64,000 nt of DNA from an uncultured Eggerthellaceae bacterium (GTDB lineage Bacteria; Actinomycetota; Coriobacteriia; Coriobacteriales; Eggerthellaceae), in assembly GCA_934670115.1 (NCBI GenBank), contig CAKUOV010000005.1:172-64171 (forward strand), given 5' to 3'. The position numbers were made by a program, and so were the translations under genes. The notes under the pieces are model-generated. The model was not told the origin of the DNA. It made no database searches and saw only the letters and a program-made list of their open reading frames with translations. Shown piece by piece: positions 9,216 to 17,942 of this stretch (position 1 is the first letter of the stretch; each line of letters begins with the position of its first letter).

Positions 9216-10401
9216 GAGCGCAGCAACTATCGAAGTTTCGTTTCAACGGCTCTATGAGGGATTGTGGGCTAAGGAAGCTGCAGGCTGCTCCGATGCGCAA
9301 TGGCCTAAAAAGGTACCGCTTGGAACGTATTCAAAACAGGAGCTTGAAGCTCACTTTGCAGATATTTGTGCTTTGGGAGACGAGCTGCGTGGCATGGCTC
9401 AATCGCTTGGCTTGGGCGTGGAGTGCGCAACAAGAATAGTTGGCGGTACGAAGCAGAGCCTGCCGACGCATTTTGTGATTGAGAATATGGATTCTTTGGC
9501 TGTTGCAGCTGGGAAGAAGAAGGCCTACGGACAGGCGTGTGAGCGCACGCGGCGACTTCGCCAGGACTTTTCGTGGATCAGCAACGAAGATATCGCTCAG
9601 CTGTTGCGCGAAATGAAGCGCGCAGTGCCCGATGATGTTGATTTCGATCTTGCTTGTAGGGCGGGAGTGTGGTTCAGAGAAAACGATGCGCGGGGTCTTA
9701 CGGCCAGGCAGATGCCGCTTGTTGGATTCCACGCGAAGTGGCTTGACGCGCAGGGAAGGCGTTCCGTAGTTGCAAAGCTTGCCGGTTTGGAAAGGCTGCC
9801 ATTAGAAGATCGCCCTGCCCAGGTAAGGTTCACGTATCTTGATCCGACGTATCTTTCCAAGGGGGAGCGTCGTTTTGATTCATGGGTTGAAGGCGATGCT
9901 TGCGCTCTGCCTTACAGACCGGAAGTGGTTGTAATCTGCGAAAACCGCGATTCTGCTTTGTGGTTTCCCGATGTTGAGCGTGGCGTTGCGGTGATGGGCG
10001 ATGGTTTTGCTGGAATACAAAACGTTACGCCGATTGATTGGATTCAATGCGCGAATCTGGTGGTTTATTGGGGCGACATGGACGCTGCTGGCTTGGAAAT
10101 ATTGAGCGGGTACCGGGAGCGCAGCCTTGCGTGTGAGAGCATGCTCATGGATATCCCTGCATTTGAGACTTATGAGGAATTTGGAACGCGCGTGGATAGA
10201 AAAGGCAATGAGATTAAGCCGAAGGAGCCTTTGCTGTTGCTGGGCCTGCGCGAATCCGAACGGAAACTTTACCTGCGTCTTGTCGATCCCAAGTGGAGTG
10301 GGGTTCGCAGGATCGAACAAGAGCGCATTCCTCTTGCGGACGCGCTGACGAAGCTGAACGAGATCCGCAAGAAGTATGAGTCAGGCAGTGGCGAGCCGTG
10401 A
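9208..10401 (+). CDS. jetD: Wadjet JetD, Toprim-type nuclease subunit (DUF3322/DUF2220-like)
   Basis: The 397-aa ORF overlaps the jetC stop by 8 nt. VVICENRDSALWFPD and VVYWGDMDAAGLEIL fit the Toprim E...DxD acidic motifs. Confidence 0.8.
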   Translation: MLKSAATIEVSFQRLYEGLWAKEAAGCSDAQWPKKVPLGTYSKQELEAHFADICALGDELRGMAQSLGLGVECATRIVGGTKQSLPTHFVIENMDSLAVAAGKKKAYGQACERTRRLRQDFSWISNEDIAQLLREMKRAVPDDVDFDLACRAGVWFRENDARGLTARQMPLVGFHAKWLDAQGRRSVVAKLAGLERLPLEDRPAQVRFTYLDPTYLSKGERRFDSWVEGDACALPYRPEVVVICENRDSALWFPDVERGVAVMGDGFAGIQNVTPIDWIQCANLVVYWGDMDAAGLEILSGYRERSLACESMLMDIPAFETYEEFGTRVDRKGNEIKPKEPLLLLGLRESERKLYLRLVDPKWSGVRRIEQERIPLADALTKLNEIRKKYESGSGEP

Positions 10402-10526
10402 TGCCAGGGGCTTGCTCGGCAATCGCTGGCGTCGTAGCTGTAGTGCGTTTGGCGGAACGAGTCGTCCTTCGTTCTCGTTTTGGAAAACAAGAGCATATTC
10501 GCGCGATGTGTCTTAGTATTCAAAAT

Positions 10527-10565
10527 GTGGTAAAAATTGGGAATACTATTCCCAATTTTCACCAC
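10527..10565. repeat. 39-nt near-perfect palindrome, copy 1 (possible operator/promoter element)
   Basis: GTGGTAAAAATTGGGAATACTATTCCCAATTTTCACCAC, centred at 10546, with one mismatch between arms. It ends 48 nt upstream of the ATPase ATG at 10613. 31 nt (10533-10563) are identical to 11961-11991. Confidence 0.9.
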
Positions 10566-10612
10566 AAAACATAAACATGGGACAATGGCCTTGCTGGAAA
10601 AGGAGGCCACCT

Positions 10613-11821
10613 ATGTATATCAGACGCGAAATTGAATCTGCAATCGATGCCATGCTTGGACAGGGAAAAGTCGTGCTGGTCACTGGTGCTCGGCAGGTCG
10701 GTAAAACAACCACTCTTAGGCATCACCTTGGAGATTCTTTCGGCTATGTCTCCATGGACGATCCTCGAGAGAGGGCTCTGGCCTTGCAGGATTCCGTGCT
10801 TTTCTTTGAGTCGAAGGAGCTTCCGCTCATCATCGATGAGGTTCAACGGGTACCCGAGCTGTTCTCTTCAGTGAAGTGGATTGTTGATCAATCCAATGAG
10901 AAAGGTCGCATCGTGCTTACCGGTTCGCAGACGTATCATCTTATGAAGGGCGTAAGCGAGTCTTTGGCAGGAAGAATAAGAATTCTCGAGCTGCCCCCTT
11001 TGAGTTTAAGGGAGCTCCTTGCATCATGTGACAAGACCGGGCCTTATATTCCTTGTCTCGTCAAAACTGCAGGCAATGCATCTGCTGAAGATATCTGGGG
11101 AATCATCCACAGAGGGTCGATGCCCGAATTGCAAAACAAGGATGTGAACTGGGATTTCTTCTATACAGATTATGTTTCCGCGTATCTCGAGAGGGACGTG
11201 AGAGACCTAATTAACGTAAAGGACGAGTCGAAGTTTTACAACTTCATGGTCGCCTGCGCTGCAAGGACGGGCCAGCTTTTTAACGCTTCAGATGTTGGGG
11301 GCGTTGTTGGGGTGGACCACAAGACCATTAAAGCGTGGCTTTCGGTTCTGCAGGCGTCTAACATCGTTCGAATTGTGGAGCCTTTCTTTCCCAATGTGGA
11401 CAAAAGGCTTACCAAGACGCCCAAGATTTTCTTCCTGGATACGGGGCTTGTTTGTCATCTGACAAGATGGATTACTCCTGATCAGCTGCGTAACGGTGCT
11501 GCGGCGGGACATATCTTTGAGACTTTCGTGGTATCGGAGGTGCTGAAAAGTTATATGAACGCCGGCGCAAGCTTGCGGGATATTTGGTTCTATCGCGACT
11601 CCAAGAAAAGGGAGATAGATCTGGTAATCCAGGAAGGGCATATCCTGCACCCTGTAGAGGTGAAGATGGCGGCAACTGTGGGAAGCGATGCCGTAAGAAA
11701 CTTCGCTTGTTTGGAAGACATTGCAGGCTACGAGCTGGGTTTTGGACATGTTGTTTGCCAGACGAAAGAGCCCTATTTTATTTCTAAAGACATTCAGGCC
11801 ATTCCTGTTTGGGCGATTTAG
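10613..11821 (+). CDS. AAA-family ATPase with DUF4143 C-terminal domain
   Basis: The ATG at 10613 is preceded by AAAGGAGG. It has a Walker A (VLVTGARQVGKTTTL) and a Walker B-like LIIDEVQRVPE. The downstream YLERDVRDLINVKDESKFYNFMVACAARTGQLFNASDV ... VEPFFPN is typical of AAA_14/DUF4143 proteins. Confidence 0.8.
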   Translation: MYIRREIESAIDAMLGQGKVVLVTGARQVGKTTTLRHHLGDSFGYVSMDDPRERALALQDSVLFFESKELPLIIDEVQRVPELFSSVKWIVDQSNEKGRIVLTGSQTYHLMKGVSESLAGRIRILELPPLSLRELLASCDKTGPYIPCLVKTAGNASAEDIWGIIHRGSMPELQNKDVNWDFFYTDYVSAYLERDVRDLINVKDESKFYNFMVACAARTGQLFNASDVGGVVGVDHKTIKAWLSVLQASNIVRIVEPFFPNVDKRLTKTPKIFFLDTGLVCHLTRWITPDQLRNGAAAGHIFETFVVSEVLKSYMNAGASLRDIWFYRDSKKREIDLVIQEGHILHPVEVKMAATVGSDAVRNFACLEDIAGYELGFGHVVCQTKEPYFISKDIQAIPVWAI

Positions 11822-11902
11822 AACGAATTGTGTTTCGCATTCAAGACGCTTGTGAGCAGAGAAACGTTTTCGTTTGCTCGCGCAATGTTGTACAAAGCTA
11901 TC

Positions 11903-11941
11903 CATGTTAAAAACTTGCAGATATTGCAGGTCTTTAACATG
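11903..11941. repeat. Nested 39-nt hairpin downstream of the ATPase gene
   Basis: In CATGTTAAAAACTTGCAGATATTGCAGGTCTTTAACATG the outer arms are CATGTTAAA/TTTAACATG and the inner arms CTGCA/TGCAG. No U-tract follows. Confidence 0.7.
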
Positions 11942-11956
11942 AAGCGCTAAAGAAGC

Positions 11957-11991
11957 GGTGAAAATTGGGAATACTATTCCCAATTTTCACC
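11957..11991. repeat. 35-nt perfect palindrome, copy 2
   Basis: GGTGAAAATTGGGAATACTATTCCCAATTTTCACC is perfectly self-complementary around C11974 and lies 136 nt downstream of the ATPase stop. Confidence 0.9.
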
Positions 11992-12048
11992 CCCTCAACG
12001 AAAGCGCAGACCAACTTCCCCGTTGAGGGAAGTCGTTGCCATCAAGCT

Positions 12049-12113
12049 ATTCCGTGAGATTTTGACTTTTCATTCCGTGAGATTTGCGGTTTCTATTCCG
12101 TGGATTTCGAAAA
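12049..12113 (+). repeat. Iteron array A: 3 direct copies at 23-bp phasing
   Basis: Copies start at 12049, 12072 and 12095: ATTCCGTGAGATTTTGAC / ATTCCGTGAGATTTGCGG / ATTCCGTGGATTTCGAAA. Confidence 0.9.
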
Positions 12114-12470
12114 AGCGATCGCTTTGAGAACAGGCGAATCTTTTCCCGCTCCAAAGAGAACACGTTTTCATTAAAAATGTGAAAAGAAAGTGAAACTCCG
12201 ACCTTGCTTGCTTCTCGAGCAGTAAATTGCTTCTCTATATTTCGGATGTCAGCAAAACTTTATCCTCCGCTGCTTGGGTAAGATCGACTTGAATCGCATC
12301 GCCGACGCGAACGGAAAAATCTTGATCGGGCTTGTTGACGAGCGCAGCTTCAAGGCAACTATCACCTATACGTTTAAGATTTGCCAAACTTGTTCAGGCT
12401 GCTTTTTCTTCGAAACAAGAATGCCGCTAACATCGTCGGGAACCATTCGTGCCTGAAGGGATCGATGATT

Positions 12471-13259
12471 TCAATTCACCTCTTCGTCATCGGGAAAGGC
12501 GCTGCCTGGCATCCGCCCTCGCTCTGCCGTCTCGATTTCGTTACGCAATTCGTATGCGAGCGTATCTTCTTCCTTCAGATGCCCAGGATGTCCGTACACG
12601 TCAGTCGTAATTTGGCAAACTCGCCAATTAAAGTCGGGATCTGCTGGTTCACTGGTTCCGCCGAATACTTCGACGCCTGTTACAACGCATGATAAAATCC
12701 AGCCATCTTCGGCCAAAGGCATCAACTTTTCGAATTCAAGCTGGTCGTAGTCGTGATAAGGAGAAAGCGGAAGCTTGACGCCCTCTTCGTTCAGGAAAGC
12801 GGGCTCCACCCAGCCTTCTTCATCGGAGAGCTGCACAGCTAGCGTGTCGCCCTCTTTGACGTTAGCTATTAGCTGCTCTTCTTCCAGATCGTCGTCGTAT
12901 TCCGTTTCGGTGGAGTACCAGGCTATGTCTGCCCAAAGATCGGCCGAAGTAATGCGCAAGTCAATGCCGTTTCGAAGACCACGTTCCTCGAAATCGGCGA
13001 TCGTTAATCTGTCTAGCCTTTCTCTAAAGCCTCTCATCTCGATTCGCTGATCCAAGTTGGGAACATCAATTACGCCCGTTTCAACCATGTTGGCGAAGTC
13101 GTCAAGATTTGGCAGGCCGTTTTCATCGGTTCCCGTGTAGTACTCGTCAAGCAAATAGTCTCGAGCATCGAAATGAGGACCTTCGTAAGGTTTTGGGCTG
13201 GGTAGAAGACTGCCGGGTTCGTATTTGTCGTTGCCGCTGCTGTGCTCTCTGCATTCCAT
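12471..13259 (-). CDS. Hypothetical, strongly acidic 262-aa protein
   Basis: The minus-strand ATG at 13259 (MECREH...) is preceded by AGGAAAGGAAG; the track ORF extends to 13349. By hand count there are ~63 Asp/Glu versus ~20 Lys/Arg. No family recognised. It is co-directional with, and downstream of, the Abi_2 gene. Confidence 0.6.
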   Translation of the reverse strand: MECREHSSGNDKYEPGSLLPSPKPYEGPHFDARDYLLDEYYTGTDENGLPNLDDFANMVETGVIDVPNLDQRIEMRGFRERLDRLTIADFEERGLRNGIDLRITSADLWADIAWYSTETEYDDDLEEEQLIANVKEGDTLAVQLSDEEGWVEPAFLNEEGVKLPLSPYHDYDQLEFEKLMPLAEDGWILSCVVTGVEVFGGTSEPADPDFNWRVCQITTDVYGHPGHLKEEDTLAYELRNEIETAERGRMPGSAFPDDEEVN

Positions 13260-13730
13260 GATGGCACTTCCTTTCCTCTGGTTTTGTCCCTTGCAAATCC
13301 TCTTGTGTTTTGCGCGATGGCTCTGTCGTTTTATCTGCGCAATTAGCATGCCGTAATGCGACCATTATGACAGGTCAGGTTGTTGTGCATGGTTGATTCT
13401 TGGTGCATGCGTAAACGTTTTGGCAGTATGGGCTTGCAACGGGGGAAGGAAAGGCGAGAGATTCTGCGTGGCACTTTACTGCGACGTACGCCGCTATTGT
13501 CGCAACTGCCACATGCAGGAGTAGCGGGCTGGCTGCGCTTTTCACTGGGCTTTCCGGACGCCAAACGTCGCAGTCGGGAATGTGATGCGTGTTATACTTC
13601 AGTTATCGAGGGAAGCCTCCGGCTCTGAACAGGGACGCAGGCTTCCCTCGATTCTCTCCAAAAAAATCAGGGCGAAACCAGTCGCCCAGTCCCGCCCTGC
13701 AAAGCCTTCTGGCTTTTCGAGATAGTGAAA

Positions 13731-14681
13731 TTATGACAGGTTATATCCTTTCGTCAATGCTTCAATGAAACTAATAGACGAAAAAACCAAACTGTTTTCG
13801 GGATATAGATGCGCCTCGTTGAATAAAGAAAAGATTCGATGAAGCGCATCTTTTGCTTTGTTTTTGGATTCACCATCCCGGACAATCCGGTCATGCAGAT
13901 ACAGAAGTGTTGCAATTTCCCTCATTCTTGCATTGGCGAGCTTTGAGTTTCTTCTTGCTTTGGAAATATTCATTCTTGCTATACTTTGCGAAACCTGGCT
14001 TGGAAGATTGACTTCTGTATTTTCCGTTTCCGCGAAACCGTTGATAATACATGTGCCGTGGGCCGCCGCGTTTCTGATGGACTTCACTTTCTTCAACATG
14101 TAATGTTCGTCTCGTAGTGCTTTATCGCTCCAGCGTTCTGCGCAGAATCGGCAAAAATCAATAAAGCGACCAAAGGACATGATTTCAAGAAAAACCCAGA
14201 CGGGCATATCGTGACGATATTTCTTGAGAAGACTCCCGCAATAGGTGTCGTTGTCGTGCTGACCAATCTCGTGCTCTAAAATCTCAGCCCTTTTCTTTGC
14301 GAGGGAATCCTTGTAGTCCACAACAATGGAATAACCATCCTCGTCTGCGCTTTCGGTGATTCTTTTGAGGATTCGAACCTTTTCATAATGCTCTATATCG
14401 AGCGCCATGGACAAGAACGCTGATCGCAAATTCTGATCAAGGTAAGAAAGGTCGCGAAGCTGTCCGAAATCCAACTGAATATACTGCCCATTATGTTCTC
14501 CGCCTTCATATTTAGGAAATAGCTTCCTGAAAGCGGCAAGGCGGTAGTAATTATTCTTTGCTTTTAGATAAGCAATCGCGCTTTCTTCGGAGCAAATCTG
14601 AAAACTGATGCCCTTTTCTTTCATGTGGACAATCTGCTCTTCGAAAGTGAGTTTTTTCTTTTGGTGAGCAATGATGGTCAT
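13731..14681 (-). CDS. Abi_2-family (AbiD/AbiF-like) abortive-infection protein
   Basis: LTFEEQIVHMKEKGISF...AIAYLKAKNNYYRLAAFRKLF...LDFGQLRDLSYLDQNLRSAFLSMALDIEHYEKVRILKRI follows the conserved N-terminal pattern of Pfam Abi_2 proteins. Confidence 0.8.
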   Translation of the reverse strand: MTIIAHQKKKLTFEEQIVHMKEKGISFQICSEESAIAYLKAKNNYYRLAAFRKLFPKYEGGEHNGQYIQLDFGQLRDLSYLDQNLRSAFLSMALDIEHYEKVRILKRITESADEDGYSIVVDYKDSLAKKRAEILEHEIGQHDNDTYCGSLLKKYRHDMPVWVFLEIMSFGRFIDFCRFCAERWSDKALRDEHYMLKKVKSIRNAAAHGTCIINGFAETENTEVNLPSQVSQSIARMNISKARRNSKLANARMREIATLLYLHDRIVRDGESKNKAKDALHRIFSLFNEAHLYPENSLVFSSISFIEALTKGYNLS

Positions 14682-14780
14682 GCGCGACCTTTCCCAAATC
14701 CAGATTTGTTTGCGATTCTAAGATTATAGCCCCTATCGGATGTTCTTATGGACAATAGAGCTCGTTGGGCTCGGGAAGCC

Positions 14781-14867
14781 ATTCCGTGGAATTTTGCATT
14801 TCCATTCAGTGTGATTTTCATAATTCATTCAGTGGATTTTCGGTTTTCATTCCGTGCGATTTCGAAA
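14781..14867 (+). repeat. Iteron array B: 4 direct copies at 22-23-bp phasing
   Basis: Copies start at 14781, 14804, 14827 and 14849: ATTCCGTGGAATTTTGC / ATTCAGTGTGATTTTCA / ATTCAGTGGATTTTCGG / ATTCCGTGCGATTTCGA. They share the core and orientation of array A and lie 100-186 nt upstream of the Abi_2 start. Confidence 0.9.
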
Positions 14868-15431
14868 TTCTCAAATAAAACGCCTGGTGGACGATGGTTC
14901 GCAGTTCATTATTGCCATGCATCCCCCCATGATTATGGCGTTTCCTGGGGTTTGTTTGCTTGAATTGGCAAGCGAAGGCATCGAAGAGGTGGATCATTGG
15001 GCCGCGGAACATTTCTGCGTAATACGGGAATTCCTCAATGCGCCCGAGAAGGTGCTCGGCGAGTTGTTCGAAGCGTAGCGAAGGCTCTTGCCTATCGCCT
15101 GGGTTCTCCGAATGCCAAGCGTCGCCGTCGGCCGCGAAACTTAACTTGCACCATTTTTTTTGTGGTGTTTGTTAAATAAAAGTAAACTAAGACTTACTTT
15201 TACGCCGCGCATTGGTAAGATGTTGGTATAGGCTGATTACACTATCGCGAGCTAGCGAATCGTTCACCCATTTCGATCAGCGGTGCATTCCATGCACGGA
15301 TCCGAATGATGTGCGACTCGCAATGCAAAAAAGAAGATTCGCTAACGGACGATATAAAGCGCGTGGAACAATGCTTGGCGTGTGCGAAGCGAGAAGTCTG
15401 CTTACGAATCTGTCTAGGCGGGATGTTATTG

Positions 15432-17870
15432 ATGAGAATGGCTACAGCGAAATCAAAAACGAAGAAGCGCATGCGTTCTGCGTTCTGCTTGCTGCTGGCA
15501 ATTTTGGTGTCGGCGACTCTTTCATGGCCGTACGCTTTCGCGGCGGATCAGGAAGAAACAACAACGGACGCGACCCATTCGGTTTCTTATGCCACTGTTA
15601 ATACGGGCAATGATCAGACAACTCTCTCTTCGGTTGATTCAAATGAACATCGGGAAGGCGTCGTAGCAGGTGACGTCTCGGCAGGATCCAGGTCCGAAGG
15701 CACTCTAGAAGGAGAAGGCGCCGAATCGGATGGCCTCACGTCCGTTGAATCCGCAGAAGACGCTGGCGCAGATACGGATGCGGGTGTTGATTCCGACCAA
15801 ACCGCCAATGCCGATGCGGATGCTGGCGTTTCGGTTTCCGTCGCGTCTTTGGCGGCCAACGCTTCTGCGGCGCAATCCAACATGGCCGCTGTTTACGCAG
15901 AACATTACAGCGCAACAACCGGCATGCCTTCGGGCGAGCAGAACGAATGGCAAGTTGTTCGCGAGAATTATTCCAGTGTTAAAGCGGGCGATGGCACGTA
16001 TTCTTATTCCAGCGATGGAGCCGTGCGTGTGCAAAAGGCCGTTCTTCCTACCGATACGGAAAACAAGTTTCAGATTTATCTTAATGTGGAGCCGCAATTG
16101 TCTTGGACCGAGTTTTTCAAGAGCTTGGACAATTATGCTTCTCACAATAAAGCAAGTTCTTTCAACCCTAATTCGGGTGCTACGAAGTTGTTGTCTCAAG
16201 ATGAGTACGATGCCCTTACGGCTACCCAAAAGACCTACTACGAGCCAATTAATGTTCGTTACAAGCTTCCGAATGGAAGCACAAGCGAAGTTGTTCGATA
16301 CGGTAATTTTCACGATCCCGACAATAAAAAACGAATTAGAGCCGTTCCGAATGGCTCGTACTGCTGGTCAAGTCAAAAATTCTCTAAATCGGGCCTTGTA
16401 ACGGGAATTAACTGGAGCGAATTGGTCTCTGCTGCAGGAAATGGCGAAAAGCTGTTCCTTGATGTCGATGCAAGCAGTGTGGCCTCTCAGTTTTCCTTTG
16501 CCGATGACTCCGTGTATCCTCATGTAGTAACTGATCCCATGGGGCAAAACATTATCTATCAGGGACTTGTTTCTGCCGACAAAGGCACCGTTGACGAGCC
16601 TGAGATTGGCTCCACGGGAGGCACGCTCACATGGACGCTTCCCACCGCAGATTACCCCGCCCTGCCTTATCTTTCGACGAGTACAGGCACGGGCACGCTT
16701 CCGGGAACGAGCTTTAGTGGGCCAGTGACCGAGCTGGAAGGGGTCAAGGAAGTTGAGATCGACGGCAAGTTGACTGCCTTCTATACCGATGTGCTTGAGA
16801 TGCGCTACGAAGTTTCGCTGGACGTGGCTTCTTCGGGCTTTGAGAGCTGCGCTTATCCGAATAACACGCCAAGCGCGATCGCGATAAACGATACAAATGG
16901 AGCGACAACGGTGCTGTATGACGTTGGTGCCGAGACGCGCTCCCCGCATTATTTCCCCATCCCTGCAGTAAAGGGCCTGCTTTACGATTTTGAGTTCTTA
17001 AAAATCGACGAGAACTCAGGCAAAGGTCTTGCCGGTGCAATCTTTACGTTGCTTAACGGTGTTGGAGAAGTTGTGCTCGATGAAAACGGCCAGCCAATAA
17101 TGGCAACTTCGCAGGCAGACGGTTCGGTGAAGTTCCGCAATCTTCCGTGGGGAACATATTCCGCGGTTGAAACAACGCCTCCGCCTGGGTATTCGTTGGG
17201 AAGCAGCCCGCGTACGGTTGGTCCGTATGTGCTTTGCTGGACCACGAATAAAACGTTGATTGAGGATCATGCGGGCACGCACGATGCGGACTTGGCAAGC
17301 GACCAGAAGAACATGACTGTTCCGAGCGCCATTGATAAGGTCACAAATAGAAAAATGCTGGGTCTTGGTCTTTTGAAACGCGACGAGACAAGTCATCAGA
17401 CGCTTTCTGGCGTGGGATTCAGTCTTCGCGTTGACAACGGCGACGGCTCTTATGCCCAAGAAGACCCCGAGGCTGCTGTTTGGGCTGATTCTGGTAGCTC
17501 AATCCCTGGTGGTAGCGGTTTTACGGATGCAGATGGAAAGCTGTACTTCTACGGTCTAGAGCCGGGAACGTATTGGCTTGTTGAAACCTATGCGCTGGCT
17601 GGTTATAAGCTGCTTGATAAGCCTATTGAGATTACGGTTGATAACGACTATCGCGTTTTCTTCTATGAAAACAATAAGGTAGAAGTAACGCCCGATGACA
17701 ACAACGTTGTCCATATCACCGTAGACAACAAGAAGATTCCCATCCTTCCCAGTTCAGGAAGCTCAGGCGGTTTGGTGTTAGGAGTGGCAGGCGTGGCGTT
17801 TCTTTTGATTGCGGCAGCTATAGCTTTGACGTCGCAAGTAAGGCGCTTGAAATCGGGTGTTAATCACTAA
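15432..17870 (+). CDS. Sortase-anchored tip pilin/adhesin with SpaA/Cna-B-type domains
   Basis: It has a signal peptide (MRMATAKSKTKKRMRSAFCLLLAILVSATLSWPYAFA; start about 15423-15438). Two prealbumin-like modules are present (GAIFTLLNG...GSVKFRNLPWGTYSAVETTPPPGYSL; GVGFSLRV...DGKLYFYGLEPGTYWLVETYALAGYKL). The C-terminal sorting signal is LPSSG plus a hydrophobic stretch plus RRLK. Confidence 0.75.
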   Translation: MRMATAKSKTKKRMRSAFCLLLAILVSATLSWPYAFAADQEETTTDATHSVSYATVNTGNDQTTLSSVDSNEHREGVVAGDVSAGSRSEGTLEGEGAESDGLTSVESAEDAGADTDAGVDSDQTANADADAGVSVSVASLAANASAAQSNMAAVYAEHYSATTGMPSGEQNEWQVVRENYSSVKAGDGTYSYSSDGAVRVQKAVLPTDTENKFQIYLNVEPQLSWTEFFKSLDNYASHNKASSFNPNSGATKLLSQDEYDALTATQKTYYEPINVRYKLPNGSTSEVVRYGNFHDPDNKKRIRAVPNGSYCWSSQKFSKSGLVTGINWSELVSAAGNGEKLFLDVDASSVASQFSFADDSVYPHVVTDPMGQNIIYQGLVSADKGTVDEPEIGSTGGTLTWTLPTADYPALPYLSTSTGTGTLPGTSFSGPVTELEGVKEVEIDGKLTAFYTDVLEMRYEVSLDVASSGFESCAYPNNTPSAIAINDTNGATTVLYDVGAETRSPHYFPIPAVKGLLYDFEFLKIDENSGKGLAGAIFTLLNGVGEVVLDENGQPIMATSQADGSVKFRNLPWGTYSAVETTPPPGYSLGSSPRTVGPYVLCWTTNKTLIEDHAGTHDADLASDQKNMTVPSAIDKVTNRKMLGLGLLKRDETSHQTLSGVGFSLRVDNGDGSYAQEDPEAAVWADSGSSIPGGSGFTDADGKLYFYGLEPGTYWLVETYALAGYKLLDKPIEITVDNDYRVFFYENNKVEVTPDDNNVVHITVDNKKIPILPSSGSSGGLVLGVAGVAFLLIAAAIALTSQVRRLKSGVNH

Positions 17871-17942
17871 GGGATTCTTTCGGGTAACCGGGTGAATATA
17901 AATAAGGGTCCGGTAAGCCGGGCATAAGAAAGGAGTTCGAGA

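Noticed and set aside
12250-12446. Possible decayed small gene on the minus strand just downstream of the acidic protein. The fragments are MVPDDVSGILVSKKKQPEQVWQILNV* and, in another frame, GDSCLEAALVNKPDQDFSVRVGDAIQVDLTQAAEDKVLLTSEI*.
   Set aside because: The two short frames have no family I can name, and joining them requires a frameshift. This is too weak to annotate. A BLASTX of 12200-12470 could revive it.
13604-13651. A perfect 14-bp-stem hairpin (ATCGAGGGAAGCCT ... AGGCTTCCCTCGAT) lies between the Abi_2 gene and the acidic-protein gene.
   Set aside because: No U-tract follows on either strand, so it is not a canonical intrinsic terminator. It may be an RNA processing or stability element, but nothing else supports a specific call.
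14748-15179. Small plus-strand and minus-strand ORFs (60-74 aa) overlap iteron array B and the region upstream of the pilus locus.
   Set aside because: Their sequences are the translation of the iterons themselves (repetitive FHSV/FSFR motifs) or of promoter DNA. None has an RBS or a recognisable domain.
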